Shown here piece after piece: positions 18,821-29,580 of a stretch of 54,766 bases of DNA. The number at the start of each line of letters is the position of its first letter. The stretch's first letter is position 1. A program made the position numbers and the translations under genes. A model generated the notes under the pieces. It searched no databases and was not told the DNA's origin. It saw only the letters and a program-made list of their open reading frames with translations. Source of the DNA: an uncultured Candidatus Saccharibacteria bacterium (lineage in GTDB: Bacteria; Patescibacteriota; Minisyncoccia; Phycocordibacterales; UBA9973); contig CAZYIA010000001.1 in assembly GCA_964646765.1 (NCBI GenBank), positions 217,339 to 272,104 of the forward strand, read 5' to 3'.

Positions 18821-19168
18821 CTATTCTTCAGGAACTTCCTCTACGGTAACTTCCAGTATTTCTTTTCCTTGGCGAACAACACTTTTTGATGCTTGGCGAA
18901 TAAATCGGAGGACATAGAAAAGCATCGTTCCAAATGCAAAATATGGAATGAGTAAGAAGAAAAAGAAAAATTTTGCAATTAGATATGGGCCACCCCAGAA
19001 ATGAGAAAACGCTAGGGCGCCAAGAAAAATCAAAAAACCGATTGCTGCAAAAACTGGAATGAGAATGGTTCCAATTAGAAATCCTGAAATTTCATCAGCG
19101 AGCACACTTTCTGGATCAGTTATACCCTGCTTTGAAAGTGAATATATTTTTAGTATACGAAAAAGCAT
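18821..19168 (-). CDS. Hypothetical membrane protein
   Basis: Two predicted TM segments; tightly packed with neighbours. Confidence 0.65.
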   Translation of the reverse strand: MLFRILKIYSLSKQGITDPESVLADEISGFLIGTILIPVFAAIGFLIFLGALAFSHFWGGPYLIAKFFFFFLLIPYFAFGTMLFYVLRFIRQASKSVVRQGKEILEVTVEEVPEE

Positions 19169-19182
19169 AAATCTTGATAATG

Positions 19183-19938
19183 CTATGGCAAGAATTCCGG
19201 CTTTACAATTCCCTCCAAGTCTTTAGAGGTTAGTGGAACATCAATAATACCTGATACATACGGACCAACTTGATATTGCCCAAATGTAAAGCTGATACCA
19301 TCACCTACTGCATTAAATGGAAGCTCTTTTAACGCCTCTCCAGAAAGGCCCTCTTCTACCATACTTGGATCATTATAGAGTCTGTCACTAAAGTTGGTGA
19401 AAAGTTTTTCGCGGAGTTTTACTTTGAGAGCTTCGAGACCAGTATCAGGATTTGTAAATATGTCAGTGTAGGTAATGTTTTTTCCTGAAGCATCAAAAGA
19501 ATAGGTTTCAATAGTTGTAATGCCGTGAGCCCCACCGGTAAAAGAATAAATTTCAAGTCGATGAGTATATAATTTAGTATTTTCACTGTGAGTATATTTT
19601 ATATACAGTTCATAGGTTCGTCCTTCTGTCAGCCCCATCATTTCTTTATCCTGCTCAGAAAGCTTAGAGATATCATTCTCCTTTTTCCAATCAGCAATAA
19701 TAGCGGTTACCCGGTCTTTAATAACTGAAGCTCCAATAGTTCCAGTTGGATATTGGTAGGTTATTTTGAGGTACGGAACACTGGTATCAGTGCCTTTTAC
19801 AATAGTTGCTGTATTAGATGTTTGAGAACCTGGTTCCGGGCTATTTTTTTTCGTTTTGAAGAGTGCTCCTCGAAAAAGAACGAGGGCAATACAGAGGAGA
19901 AGAACCAGAATAACGATGGCTGCATTACGTTTTTCCAT
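19183..19938 (-). CDS. Membrane-anchored DUF4163/DUF3298 (RsiV/PdaC-like) domain protein
   Basis: N-terminal TM; YSFTGGAHG, FTFGQYQVGPYVSG motifs; start moved to 19938 (upstream frame overlaps a terminator). Confidence 0.8.
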   Translation of the reverse strand: MEKRNAAIVILVLLLCIALVLFRGALFKTKKNSPEPGSQTSNTATIVKGTDTSVPYLKITYQYPTGTIGASVIKDRVTAIIADWKKENDISKLSEQDKEMMGLTEGRTYELYIKYTHSENTKLYTHRLEIYSFTGGAHGITTIETYSFDASGKNITYTDIFTNPDTGLEALKVKLREKLFTNFSDRLYNDPSMVEEGLSGEALKELPFNAVGDGISFTFGQYQVGPYVSGIIDVPLTSKDLEGIVKPEFLP

Positions 19939-19962
19939 AATGGCACTATACCATGAAATACA

Positions 19963-19989
19963 AAGAAACCGCCAAAAGGGCGGTTTCTT
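19963..19989 (-). terminator. Terminator after the DoxX gene
   Basis: 11-bp stem aagaaaccgcc/ggcggtttctt with T-rich flanks. Confidence 0.75.
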
Positions 19990-20007
19990 CTTTTTATACA
20001 CTTTTTA

Positions 20008-20400
20008 TTAAAGTGCGTATGACCAAGCAGTTAGTGCGAATGGAATAAGCATAAGGAGGGCGCCTACCAGCGCAGCATTTTTTGAGAATTGGACACGCTC
20101 CATTCCCTTTTGCATTGGATCAGCTGTTGCCCAAAACTGATGCATTACGAGAGTCATAGGAATCAGGAATGCGAGGAGAATAAAGATACCAATAAGTGGG
20201 CGGAAACCAAGAAGGATTGAAAGTCCACCAGCTAAAAGCATCAGGCCAGTGAGAACCGTTGCAGCTTTCGGCATAGGCACACCTTTCATTTGAGCGTAAC
20301 CTGACGTTGCTGTTAGGTTCGCAAGATGTCCGTATGCGTTATAGATAAAAAATCCTCCAAAGAGAACACGGCCAATAAGAAATAGAATCTCCATATACAT
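20008..20400 (-). CDS. DoxX family membrane protein
   Basis: GRVLFGGFFI..A..H, GLSILLG, HQFW, FSKN.AL.G; start may be 20394. Confidence 0.88.
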   Translation of the reverse strand: MYMEILFLIGRVLFGGFFIYNAYGHLANLTATSGYAQMKGVPMPKAATVLTGLMLLAGGLSILLGFRPLIGIFILLAFLIPMTLVMHQFWATADPMQKGMERVQFSKNAALVGALLMLIPFALTAWSYAL

Positions 20401-20453
20401 ACTATAATCTACTACTAATAATTACGTACCAGGTATATTACCTTTAATAGAAT

Positions 20454-20711
20454 TTATTGTATAGCCCCCTCTTTTCGAAGTTTATTAAGCTTCGCCTCTC
20501 GGCCACCACGATTGTATTCACCAACAAGCCCATCGCTCCGGATGACTCGATGACAAGGAATTTTTGGATCGTAGTTTTGCTTCATGATTGTTCCAACGGC
20601 TCGAGCAGCATTTGGGCTACCTGCTCGTCGAGCAACTTCTTTATACGTTACTGTTTTCCCTTTAGGAATTTTACCTACGATGGTAAGAACTTTTTCTTTA
20701 AACGTCTTCAT
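20454..20711 (-). CDS. MGMT/Ogt C-terminal-like DNA alkyl repair protein
   Basis: IPKGKTVTY.EVA..AG.PNAARAVG and IPCHRVIRSDG motifs (PCHR active site retained); start at MKTFKE. Confidence 0.88.
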   Translation of the reverse strand: MKTFKEKVLTIVGKIPKGKTVTYKEVARRAGSPNAARAVGTIMKQNYDPKIPCHRVIRSDGLVGEYNRGGREAKLNKLRKEGAIQ

Positions 20712-20748
20712 AATTTTCTGTGTTAGAAACGAAAGTATATCATACAAG

Positions 20749-20776
20749 AAAAAGCTCCTGTTGATAGGAGCTTTTT
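20749..20776 (-). terminator. Terminator after the FN3 gene
   Basis: aaaaagctcct/aggagcttttt inverted repeat. Confidence 0.75.
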
Positions 20777-20790
20777 CAGGTGCGCTTAGT

Positions 20791-22143
20791 TTAAGCACTA
20801 GTTGTGAATGCTTGCTGTGCAGAAATTGAGGTGTTTCCCATTGCATCCTTTGCTTCAACTACAAAGAAGTATAAGGTATTTGCTGAAAGGTTGCCGAGAG
20901 TAATCTGATGATCAGTACTCATGGTACTATCTGATACAACAGATGAACTACCGAGAATAACTGATCCGATTCCGTAGTACACTTTTACGCTTGCATTCTC
21001 ATCAGTGCGGAAGGTAATCACAGCGCCATTCTTGCTTATTTGATTAATCGCAAGCTGACTAACGATTGGTGCTCGTACATCACGACTTGTAGTGGTGAAT
21101 GTTCCATCACTCGAGATCGCTACACGACCACTTACATCACGGGCTGTAATTTTATAGTGATAGGTAGTGTTAGCAGAAAGTCCAGTGAGAGTAACACTGC
21201 GAGAAGTTACTCGTTCATCACGAGAAACTGATGTCCCATAACTAGTTGAAGTACCGTAGTCTACCCGTGATGCTGTAGCAACATTTGTCTGCCAAGAGAG
21301 TACTGCACTGTTGTTGTCGATATTAGTAACACTAACATTAGAGATTGAAACTGTGGGAGCAGAAACTAAGGTAGTGAACGTTGCATCCGCTGAACGACTT
21401 ACATTACCATTGCCATCTCGGGCAACAATCTGATAATGGTAGGTTGTTCCTGCTGTGAGGTTTGAGAGAATGATTGAGTGATTATTTGCTTTTTGGTCAA
21501 GACGGGATTCTAGGCCATATGACGTGTTAGCACCAAAGAGAACTGATGCCTGAGCTGATTCGTTTGTTGTAAAGTTAATCTTTGCACTACTTTCCGTAAT
21601 AGCTTCTACAGAAATATTTGTAATGACTGGAGCAACTGTATCTGGAGCATTTGTGGTAAACGTGGCGTCAGACGACGTGGTTCGATTACCCCAAAAATCA
21701 CGAGCTACAATTTGGTAGTGGTAGGTAGTATTTGGTTGTAGATTTCGAATCACAATAGAGTGACCTTTACCAAACGATGGACTCCACTGAGAGGTTGTAT
21801 ATGAAGAGCTTGATCCATAGAGAACTTCCGATGTTGCATTTTCATTGGTATTCCAGGAAATTTTTACACTCGTATCACTTACGTTCGAAACGGCTACAGC
21901 ACTAATAGTAGGAGCAATAGTATCTGGTGAACAATTTTTATTTACTTTATGGCTAAAGATGCCAAAGAAAAATCCTAAACCCCTTGGATAATGACAGACT
22001 TGAGATGAGTTTCGATTTTTATTTCCTTGGTTGTTATCATTTTCATGATCTTTCGCAAAAGCTGTCATTCCACCTACGGAAATGAGGAGGAGGAAAGCTA
22101 AAGCGAGACTGGTAATTTTTTTCATATTTTTTGAAAGATACAT
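20791..22143 (-). CDS. Secreted protein with four fibronectin type III (Pur_ac_phosph_N-like) repeats
   Basis: Signal peptide (start probably 22125), then four repeats of ..A.I.W.TNE.A...V.YG....Y....H...L.NL...TTY.Y...A.D..GN...S....FTT. Confidence 0.85.
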   Translation of the reverse strand: MYLSKNMKKITSLALAFLLLISVGGMTAFAKDHENDNNQGNKNRNSSQVCHYPRGLGFFFGIFSHKVNKNCSPDTIAPTISAVAVSNVSDTSVKISWNTNENATSEVLYGSSSSYTTSQWSPSFGKGHSIVIRNLQPNTTYHYQIVARDFWGNRTTSSDATFTTNAPDTVAPVITNISVEAITESSAKINFTTNESAQASVLFGANTSYGLESRLDQKANNHSIILSNLTAGTTYHYQIVARDGNGNVSRSADATFTTLVSAPTVSISNVSVTNIDNNSAVLSWQTNVATASRVDYGTSTSYGTSVSRDERVTSRSVTLTGLSANTTYHYKITARDVSGRVAISSDGTFTTTSRDVRAPIVSQLAINQISKNGAVITFRTDENASVKVYYGIGSVILGSSSVVSDSTMSTDHQITLGNLSANTLYFFVVEAKDAMGNTSISAQQAFTTSA

Positions 22144-22246
22144 CTTTCTAATTTAAGGCTTATAACGACCTTACTTATATAGAGACGTACACCTCCCCCT
22201 TGACTTTACTTTTTAAATATCCTGAAATTATCATTCATTTATAATG

Positions 22247-22272
22247 AAAAAACGGCTGTTAGGCCGTTTTTT
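22247..22272. terminator. Bidirectional-type terminator
   Basis: aaaaaacggc-tgttag-gccgtttttt. Confidence 0.7.
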
Positions 22273-22287
22273 CCCGAACTTTTTCTT

Positions 22288-22440
22288 TTAGTCTATTGGG
22301 TTTCTTCCTTGAATAATCCTAATAAGAAGCATGATGATGGCTGCAATAAGAAGAACGTGAATAAACCAGCCAACAACATTAAAACCAATAAATCCGATAG
22401 CCCAAAGAATAAGAAGGAGAATTGCAATTGTAACTAACAT
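22288..22440 (-). CDS. lmo0937/DUF5670-like small membrane protein (50 aa, not in the ORF track)
   Basis: Manual translation MLVTIAILLLILWAIGFIGFNVVGWFIHVLLIAAIIMLLIRIIQGRNPID*, with the typical LW..G.......IH.LL..A pattern. Confidence 0.85.
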   Translation of the reverse strand: MLVTIAILLLILWAIGFIGFNVVGWFIHVLLIAAIIMLLIRIIQGRNPID

Positions 22441-22520
22441 ACATTATTCTGATGCTGATAATAAGTGACGTGGACTATGTCACCCTTAGATTAAGACGGA
22501 CACTTTCCTAAAATCTCTAC

Positions 22521-23000
22521 ATGATCATTCGCCTCACAAAAGAATCACGAACCCACCATACACTTGAAGTACTCAGGAATGATGGCACTAGTGAACGCAC
22601 GCTTCTTGAAACAAAAAGCTTTATGCCTCACGATCTCATCCATTTTCTGTATGAACGTAACGCGAGATTACATGAATCATTCTGGGGTCGGATAGCAACC
22701 GGAGCAACGTTTGCTTCATTAAACGATCGTGAATATTTAACTAAGCTATTTCAAACTTCAAGTGAACTCACGGTAACTGAAAGCGTTGTTGGCCCACTTC
22801 AAGGATTTTTACAGAGCGGTATTTCTCCCCAAGATTTTCTGGAAAGACTGGGAGAACTTTTTGAAGCAAAAAGAGAACCGATCCCCGCCCACCTAACTAT
22901 CAATTTTTTAAGTACTATCCGCGAAGATTTTAGAAAACTTTCTGGACACTGGGATTCACTTAAAAAGGGAGAGCCTCTCGAGCTTACCTTCCCTGATTAG
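22521..23000 (+). CDS. Hypothetical protein
   Basis: 159-aa ORF; TAAAAT 6 nt upstream of the ATG; contains a PHDLIH possible metal motif. Confidence 0.7.
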   Translation: MIIRLTKESRTHHTLEVLRNDGTSERTLLETKSFMPHDLIHFLYERNARLHESFWGRIATGATFASLNDREYLTKLFQTSSELTVTESVVGPLQGFLQSGISPQDFLERLGELFEAKREPIPAHLTINFLSTIREDFRKLSGHWDSLKKGEPLELTFPD

Positions 23001-23188
23001 CGATGAGTTGATTTCTTTTTTGGAACCTTTGCTCCACTTTTCCGGGCTTCTGAAAGTCCGATCGCAATTGCTTGCTTTCGGTTTTTTACTTTTTTACCAC
23101 TTCGTCCTGATTTCAACTCACCACGTTTATACTCATGCATTGCACGCTTCACTTTTTGCTGTGATTTTTTTCCGTATTTTTTTGCCAT
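22997..23188 (-). CDS. DUF6496-like small basic protein
   Basis: KV..AMHEYKRGELKSGRSGKKV..RKQAIAIGLSEAR..GAKVP signature. Confidence 0.85.
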   Translation of the reverse strand: MAKKYGKKSQQKVKRAMHEYKRGELKSGRSGKKVKNRKQAIAIGLSEARKSGAKVPKKKSTHR

Positions 23189-23321
23189 GGTATGTGGATT
23201 GTCTAGTAAACGACCTACAATAAAAATAAACGCTTCCGCAAGTAAAAAAGTGACAACTCTTTGACTTTATACCTAACTAATGTTTTAGTTCAGTTAGGGA
23301 AAACTTGGCGTGTACGGGGAA

Positions 23322-23447
23322 GTTCTTTCACAATGTGACTAAATCGATGGCGTTGTACGTCACACCGCTGTTAGCAACATAACTTCGGGCGTCATATTCA
23401 AAATGGTGAAAGAACGGGTCTGGGACTAATTGTTTCCAGACCTTTTT
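23322..23447 (+). ncRNA. Candidate structured ncRNA with its own terminator (unassigned family)
   Basis: Stems gttctttcac/gtgaaagaac and aatgtgac/gtcatatt, then terminator ggtctgg/ccagacc plus TTTTT; no ORF longer than about 11 codons seen. Confidence 0.45.
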
Positions 23448-23452
23448 ATTAC

Positions 23453-25123
23453 CTACAAAGTTAATCGAACCTTTCGTAATTCGTCGTATGGGATTTTACC
23501 ACCAAGAAGTTCATAGACTGGTCCGAGTAATCGCTTTCCACCTTCTTGAGTACCAATTTTTTGAAAAGCACTCGTAATTTTCTGTAACCTACTAGAGGAC
23601 ATACTTTCTCGAATCTTAAAAAATGAAATAGTTGGATCTTTTTCTTTCGATGTTTCTAAGTGATCAAGAATAGTTCCAACGGTTAATGAACGCTCCTTGG
23701 CAATAACCTCTATTGTCTTTCCTTCAAGAAACATTTCGAGGGTAATGTGAGCTGTTGGTTTTTTCTTTTCTCTGGTTCGAGCGCCATTTTCGTGAACAAA
23801 CCTATCTTCTAACTTCCTAAGCTCAGCCTTAGAGAGACTCTGGAGTTCCCTCACTGCCCTTTCTGACTGCCCACGAAATTCTACATCTTTTCCTTCTACC
23901 TCCTCATGAACTAAAAAAGCATTCGGGTGAAATCCTTTCAATGAAAGTCCTTCTAGACTTTTCACCCGTGAAAGTGCGACGTAACCCATACCACGCTCAA
24001 ATGGTGCTGAGAGATCAATTTCGGCTGCATCAAGAGTTAACCCTTGACTTTTATGTACTGTAATTGCCCAAGCAAGGCGTAAAGGATACTGAATAAGCTC
24101 GGCTTTTACTTTGCCGTTTTCTTCGATCGTAAATGAGGCTGGCTCAACATCAATTTTTGTTCCGTCAGTAAGTTCTACACAAATACCTTCATTTGAACAC
24201 GACGCCACTGTACCGGTAGTACCGTTTACATATCCTGCTTCAAAATTGTTTTTTACAAACATTACTCGCGCACCTTCTTTGAGCCGCAGTCTTTCCGGAG
24301 CCAAACAGCCTTTTTTGAGAGCAAGCACAAGAGCATCTGGCCCATGAGCACGCATGATGTACTCATGGACTTCGTTTTCAATATTCTCTAGTTCATCGTT
24401 ATTTTCTTCATTAACATTTATATTGAAAGCGTAAATTTTTGTCGGCATTTCTTCTTTGAGTGGAGCTCCAATCCGAGTTGTAAGAAGTGCGTGATGTGAT
24501 TCAGTTACTGCATTTTGCCGAATGGCATTTAAAATCTCTAAGTACGTTGTATCGTCTTGGCGAAACTGTTCTTCTAAATAGCAAACCACTGGATCAAGTT
24601 CTTTCCAGGCTTGCGAATGGTAGGCAAAATGTGAACTATTTTCTTCATCAAGCTGAATTATGTCTTGATCGTAATTTCTCTGTTTCGTTACCGGCGGCAG
24701 CTGGAAAAAGTCTCCTGAAAAAATAACCTGCATGCCACCAAATACCATTGGAATGCCTCGAAGCGCTCGTACCGCCCTATCGACCATATCAATTCGATAG
24801 TCATGAAGCATAGACACTTCATCAATAATTAACACTTGCGCCCCACGAACTTGATTGCGTAAATAAGATCGTTCAGCAAGTTCTTCTGCTTCAGAAAATG
24901 AAAGCGACTCGCGAATACCAATACCACTCCAAGCATGGATAGTAACGCCTCCAAGATGAGTAGCGGCGATACCCGTAGAAGCTGTAATGGCTACCGGAAT
25001 ACCCTTATCTCTAAGCCAGCCAATATATTGATTCAGTACATGAGTTTTACCACTTCCGGCGGCACCAGTAATAAAAGCACTCCGACCTGTTTTCAAAATA
25101 GTGAGTGCTTCTTCCTGAGTCAT
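23453..25123 (-). CDS. PIF1-like (RecD-type SF1B) DNA helicase with C-terminal helix-turn-helix
   Basis: ITGAAGSGKT, ASTGIAA, IIDEVSM, GDFFQLPPV, AWAITVHKSQG.TLD, YVALSR; start moved to MTQEEAL. Confidence 0.92.
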   Translation of the reverse strand: MTQEEALTILKTGRSAFITGAAGSGKTHVLNQYIGWLRDKGIPVAITASTGIAATHLGGVTIHAWSGIGIRESLSFSEAEELAERSYLRNQVRGAQVLIIDEVSMLHDYRIDMVDRAVRALRGIPMVFGGMQVIFSGDFFQLPPVTKQRNYDQDIIQLDEENSSHFAYHSQAWKELDPVVCYLEEQFRQDDTTYLEILNAIRQNAVTESHHALLTTRIGAPLKEEMPTKIYAFNINVNEENNDELENIENEVHEYIMRAHGPDALVLALKKGCLAPERLRLKEGARVMFVKNNFEAGYVNGTTGTVASCSNEGICVELTDGTKIDVEPASFTIEENGKVKAELIQYPLRLAWAITVHKSQGLTLDAAEIDLSAPFERGMGYVALSRVKSLEGLSLKGFHPNAFLVHEEVEGKDVEFRGQSERAVRELQSLSKAELRKLEDRFVHENGARTREKKKPTAHITLEMFLEGKTIEVIAKERSLTVGTILDHLETSKEKDPTISFFKIRESMSSSRLQKITSAFQKIGTQEGGKRLLGPVYELLGGKIPYDELRKVRLTL

Positions 25124-25175
25124 AGTCAGCAGATTGTAACATACTGAGGTAACGCAAAAATAAAATATTTGCACG

Positions 25176-25310
25176 AAAAAAACCGCGCTGATAGGTTCGC
25201 GGTTTCTCTCGTATGTAGGAGTTGTCGACCCTCCCTACACATGCCCGGGTGCATTGCTGCACTTTGGCTTAAATCGCTGTTTCCCACTTGCATGAGAAAT
25301 GGATCGACCT
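25176..25310 (-). ncRNA. Candidate structured sRNA with promoter and terminator (unassigned family)
   Basis: TATAAT at 25317-25322; two GCAA-capped hairpins; third hairpin with a possible 7-bp pseudoknot; terminator aaaccgcg/cgcggttt plus T7. Confidence 0.55.
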
Positions 25311-25371
25311 GCCAGTATTATAAATGATGGCAAGGATTGTGTGCCAGAGAATGGCTGTGGAAAAAGTACTT

Positions 25372-25806
25372 CTAGCGACGATATTTTTTAGTTCGCCACT
25401 TGTCTGCAATTTTTGCGCGCGTGAGTGATCGTTCGAGTTCGCTTTCGAAATGTTCGAAGTCTACAACTTCACCTCGCTCTTTTGCTGCTTCAAGTTCTTT
25501 CGCCTTTGCTTGTGCACGAGCTACAACCTCTTCAGATAATTCAGCTACGTGCTCAGCATAGTCGGCAAGAACTGCGACGGTATTATCTTTCACTTCGATA
25601 AAACCACCAACAACAGCCATCGGCACATACTCACCGCCGCTAACAGCAACGATATCACCAGATTTTAAGCTGGAAATAAGTGGAATATGATCAGGAAGTA
25701 CAGTAATTTCGCCTTCCATTGTTGGAAGTGTCACCTGATCAACGTCCTCTTCAAGGATAACTCGTTCAGGAGTAACAATTTTTAGATGTAATTTCTTCGT
25801 AGCCAT
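25372..25806 (-). CDS. atpC: F1Fo ATP synthase epsilon subunit
   Basis: LKIVTPER, LP..EGEI.VLPDH.PLIS.L..G, GGFIEV. Confidence 0.96.
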   Translation of the reverse strand: MATKKLHLKIVTPERVILEEDVDQVTLPTMEGEITVLPDHIPLISSLKSGDIVAVSGGEYVPMAVVGGFIEVKDNTVAVLADYAEHVAELSEEVVARAQAKAKELEAAKERGEVVDFEHFESELERSLTRAKIADKWRTKKYRR

Positions 25807-25810
25807 GAAT

Positions 25811-27172
<1,362 letters not shown>

Positions 27173-28063
27173 TTAACTAACTGATGCCATACCGGCGCTA
27201 ATTTCTGATATCTCTTGGGTGATGCCCGCCTGACGAGCTTTGTTGAAAATAAGTGTCAGGTCATCGATCATTTCTCCTGCGGCTTCCGAGGCGTTCTTCA
27301 TAGCAACCATTCGTGAGGACTGTTCTGAAGCGGCGGATTCGAGGAGCATCTGGTAAACCTGCATGCGAGCTATTTTTTCTACCAGAGATTCGATGAGTGA
27401 GCTGTACGAGGGTTCAAAGACGTAGGCAGTTTTTTGTTCGTGAGGAGCGTCTTTCTGCAATTCTTTCACTTCCCTATCTATATCTTCTTTTTTAACCGGT
27501 AACAGTTGCCGTATGGTAGGAACTTGCGAGAGCGCGGATTTAAAATCGGTGTAAGCTACAAAAATTTTATCGTATTTGTTTTGCTTGAAAGTATCCACTA
27601 CAAAGTTTCCGATTGGCAACGCGTTTGAGAGTGTTATTGTTTCTGGAAGTTCAGTAAACGAAGCAATAATATTTTGGCCAATGCGGCGAAGGGCTGCATC
27701 ACCACGCTTACCAACCGTTACAAAATCAATAACTTCATTAGCATTTTTTTCGCGAAGCATTGAAAGAACTGCACGAATTATTTGAGCATTATAGGCTCCA
27801 CAAAGACCACGGTTTGAAGTAACCAAAACAACGAGCGTGCGATTGCCACTTCGCTCGGTAAGAAGTGGGTGTGATTCTTCGGTGAGCGCCTGCGAAACAG
27901 ACTCAAGTACTTCCCACGAGTAGCGAGCATAGGCACGCGAAGCTAGTGTTGAAGAAACTGCACGCTTCATTTTCGAAGCAGCCACCAATTCCATTGCCTT
28001 GGTGATCTTCTTCGTGTTCTTCACACTCTTTATTCGTCTTTTAATCTCTTTCGTAGCAGCCAT
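27173..28063 (-). CDS. atpG: F1Fo ATP synthase gamma subunit
   Basis: KITKAMELVAASKM, TSNRGLCG.YN, SRMVAM..AS, ARQAGITQEI. Confidence 0.98.
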   Translation of the reverse strand: MAATKEIKRRIKSVKNTKKITKAMELVAASKMKRAVSSTLASRAYARYSWEVLESVSQALTEESHPLLTERSGNRTLVVLVTSNRGLCGAYNAQIIRAVLSMLREKNANEVIDFVTVGKRGDAALRRIGQNIIASFTELPETITLSNALPIGNFVVDTFKQNKYDKIFVAYTDFKSALSQVPTIRQLLPVKKEDIDREVKELQKDAPHEQKTAYVFEPSYSSLIESLVEKIARMQVYQMLLESAASEQSSRMVAMKNASEAAGEMIDDLTLIFNKARQAGITQEISEISAGMASVS

Positions 28064-28070
28064 ATACTAA

Positions 28071-29576
28071 CTACTTTACAAACCCTGCCTTAAAGTCCGT
28101 AATCGCCTGCTTCAGTTCTGCTTCTCCGTCTTCTTCCCACATTTTCTTTTCGCGAACTTGTGAGAGGAATTTTTTGGCGTTACTTTCTGCATACGTTACG
28201 AGACCAGCTTGGAATTCAGAAATTTTGTTTACTGGCACATCATCAATGTAGCCCTTCACGAGCGCGTAGAGACCAATAATTTGGTGTTCAACGAGCATTG
28301 GTGAGTACTGGTTCTGCTTCAACATTTCAACAGCGCGCTTTCCACGTTCGAGCTGGCGCTTGGTTGCTTCATCGAGATCTGAACCGAATTGTGAGAACGC
28401 TTCAAGTTCGCGGAACTGGGCGAGGTCGAGCTTAAGCGTTCCAGCCACTTTTTTCATAGCCTTAATTTGCGCTGACCCCCCCACACGAGACACTGAGTTA
28501 CCAACGTTAATCGCTGGACGAATACCTTTATAGAACAAATCAGTTTCCAAGAAGAGCTGGCCATCGGTAATTGAGATCACGTTTGTTGGAATGTAGGCAG
28601 AAATGTCACCTGCTTGGGTTTCAATAATTGGAAGCGCGGTAATTGAGCCACCGCCAAATTCTTTGTTCTTGCGACATGCGCGTTCCAAAAGGCGTGAGTG
28701 GAGATAGAACACATCACCTGGATATGCTTCGCGGCCTGGTGGGCGGCGGAGCAAGAGTGAAATTTCACGGTATGCTACTGCGTGCTTTGAAAGATCATCG
28801 TAAATGATCAGCACGTCCTGACCTTTGTCGAGGAAGTATTCTGCGATCGCAACGCCAGTATATGGTGCGATGTATGAACGAGCTGCGGGTTCTGATGCAC
28901 CAGCAGAAACGATAACGGTGTAATCCATTGCCCCACCTTCGCGGAGACGAGTTTCAATTTTGCGAAGCTTTGAATCTTTCTGACCAATTGAAACGTAGAC
29001 ACATTTCATATTCTGACCTTTCTGGTTCAAGATGGCATCAATTGCTACAGCAGTTTTACCAGTCTGGCGGTCACCGATGATAAGTTCGCGCTGTCCGCGG
29101 CCGATTGGAATCAAAGCATCAATAGCCTTAATACCAGTTTGCACTGGCTGATCAACTCCCTGGCGGGTAATAACGCCTGAAGCTACACGTTCAACTGGAT
29201 TTGTTTTGTCAGATTTAATTGCACCGCGGCCATCAATTGGCTGTGCAAGAGCGTTTACCACGCGGCCAATGAATGCTTCACCTACTGGAACTTCAAGAAT
29301 TTTTCCAGTTGCCTTAACTTCGTCACCTTCTTTAATGTTTTTGTAATCGTCAAGAACGATAACACCAACAGTGTCTTCTTCGAGGTTAAGCGCTACGCCA
29401 GTTTCGCCCCCAGGAAAGGTGACCATTTCTGATGCACGAAGATCAGAGAGTCCTGAAATGCGAGCAATACCATCCGCCACTTCAATAACTGTGCCAATTT
29501 TTTCGTCACCGGCTTTGCGCTCAAATGAGGCAATTTCTCTCTTTAGGTTGTCGAGGACTGTGTTTTTGTTTGTCAT
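28071..29576 (-). CDS. atpA: F1Fo ATP synthase alpha subunit
   Basis: [38 protein letters not shown]. Confidence 0.99.
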   Translation of the reverse strand: MTNKNTVLDNLKREIASFERKAGDEKIGTVIEVADGIARISGLSDLRASEMVTFPGGETGVALNLEEDTVGVIVLDDYKNIKEGDEVKATGKILEVPVGEAFIGRVVNALAQPIDGRGAIKSDKTNPVERVASGVITRQGVDQPVQTGIKAIDALIPIGRGQRELIIGDRQTGKTAVAIDAILNQKGQNMKCVYVSIGQKDSKLRKIETRLREGGAMDYTVIVSAGASEPAARSYIAPYTGVAIAEYFLDKGQDVLIIYDDLSKHAVAYREISLLLRRPPGREAYPGDVFYLHSRLLERACRKNKEFGGGSITALPIIETQAGDISAYIPTNVISITDGQLFLETDLFYKGIRPAINVGNSVSRVGGSAQIKAMKKVAGTLKLDLAQFRELEAFSQFGSDLDEATKRQLERGKRAVEMLKQNQYSPMLVEHQIIGLYALVKGYIDDVPVNKISEFQAGLVTYAESNAKKFLSQVREKKMWEEDGEAELKQAITDFKAGFVK

Positions 29577-29580
29577 GGAT

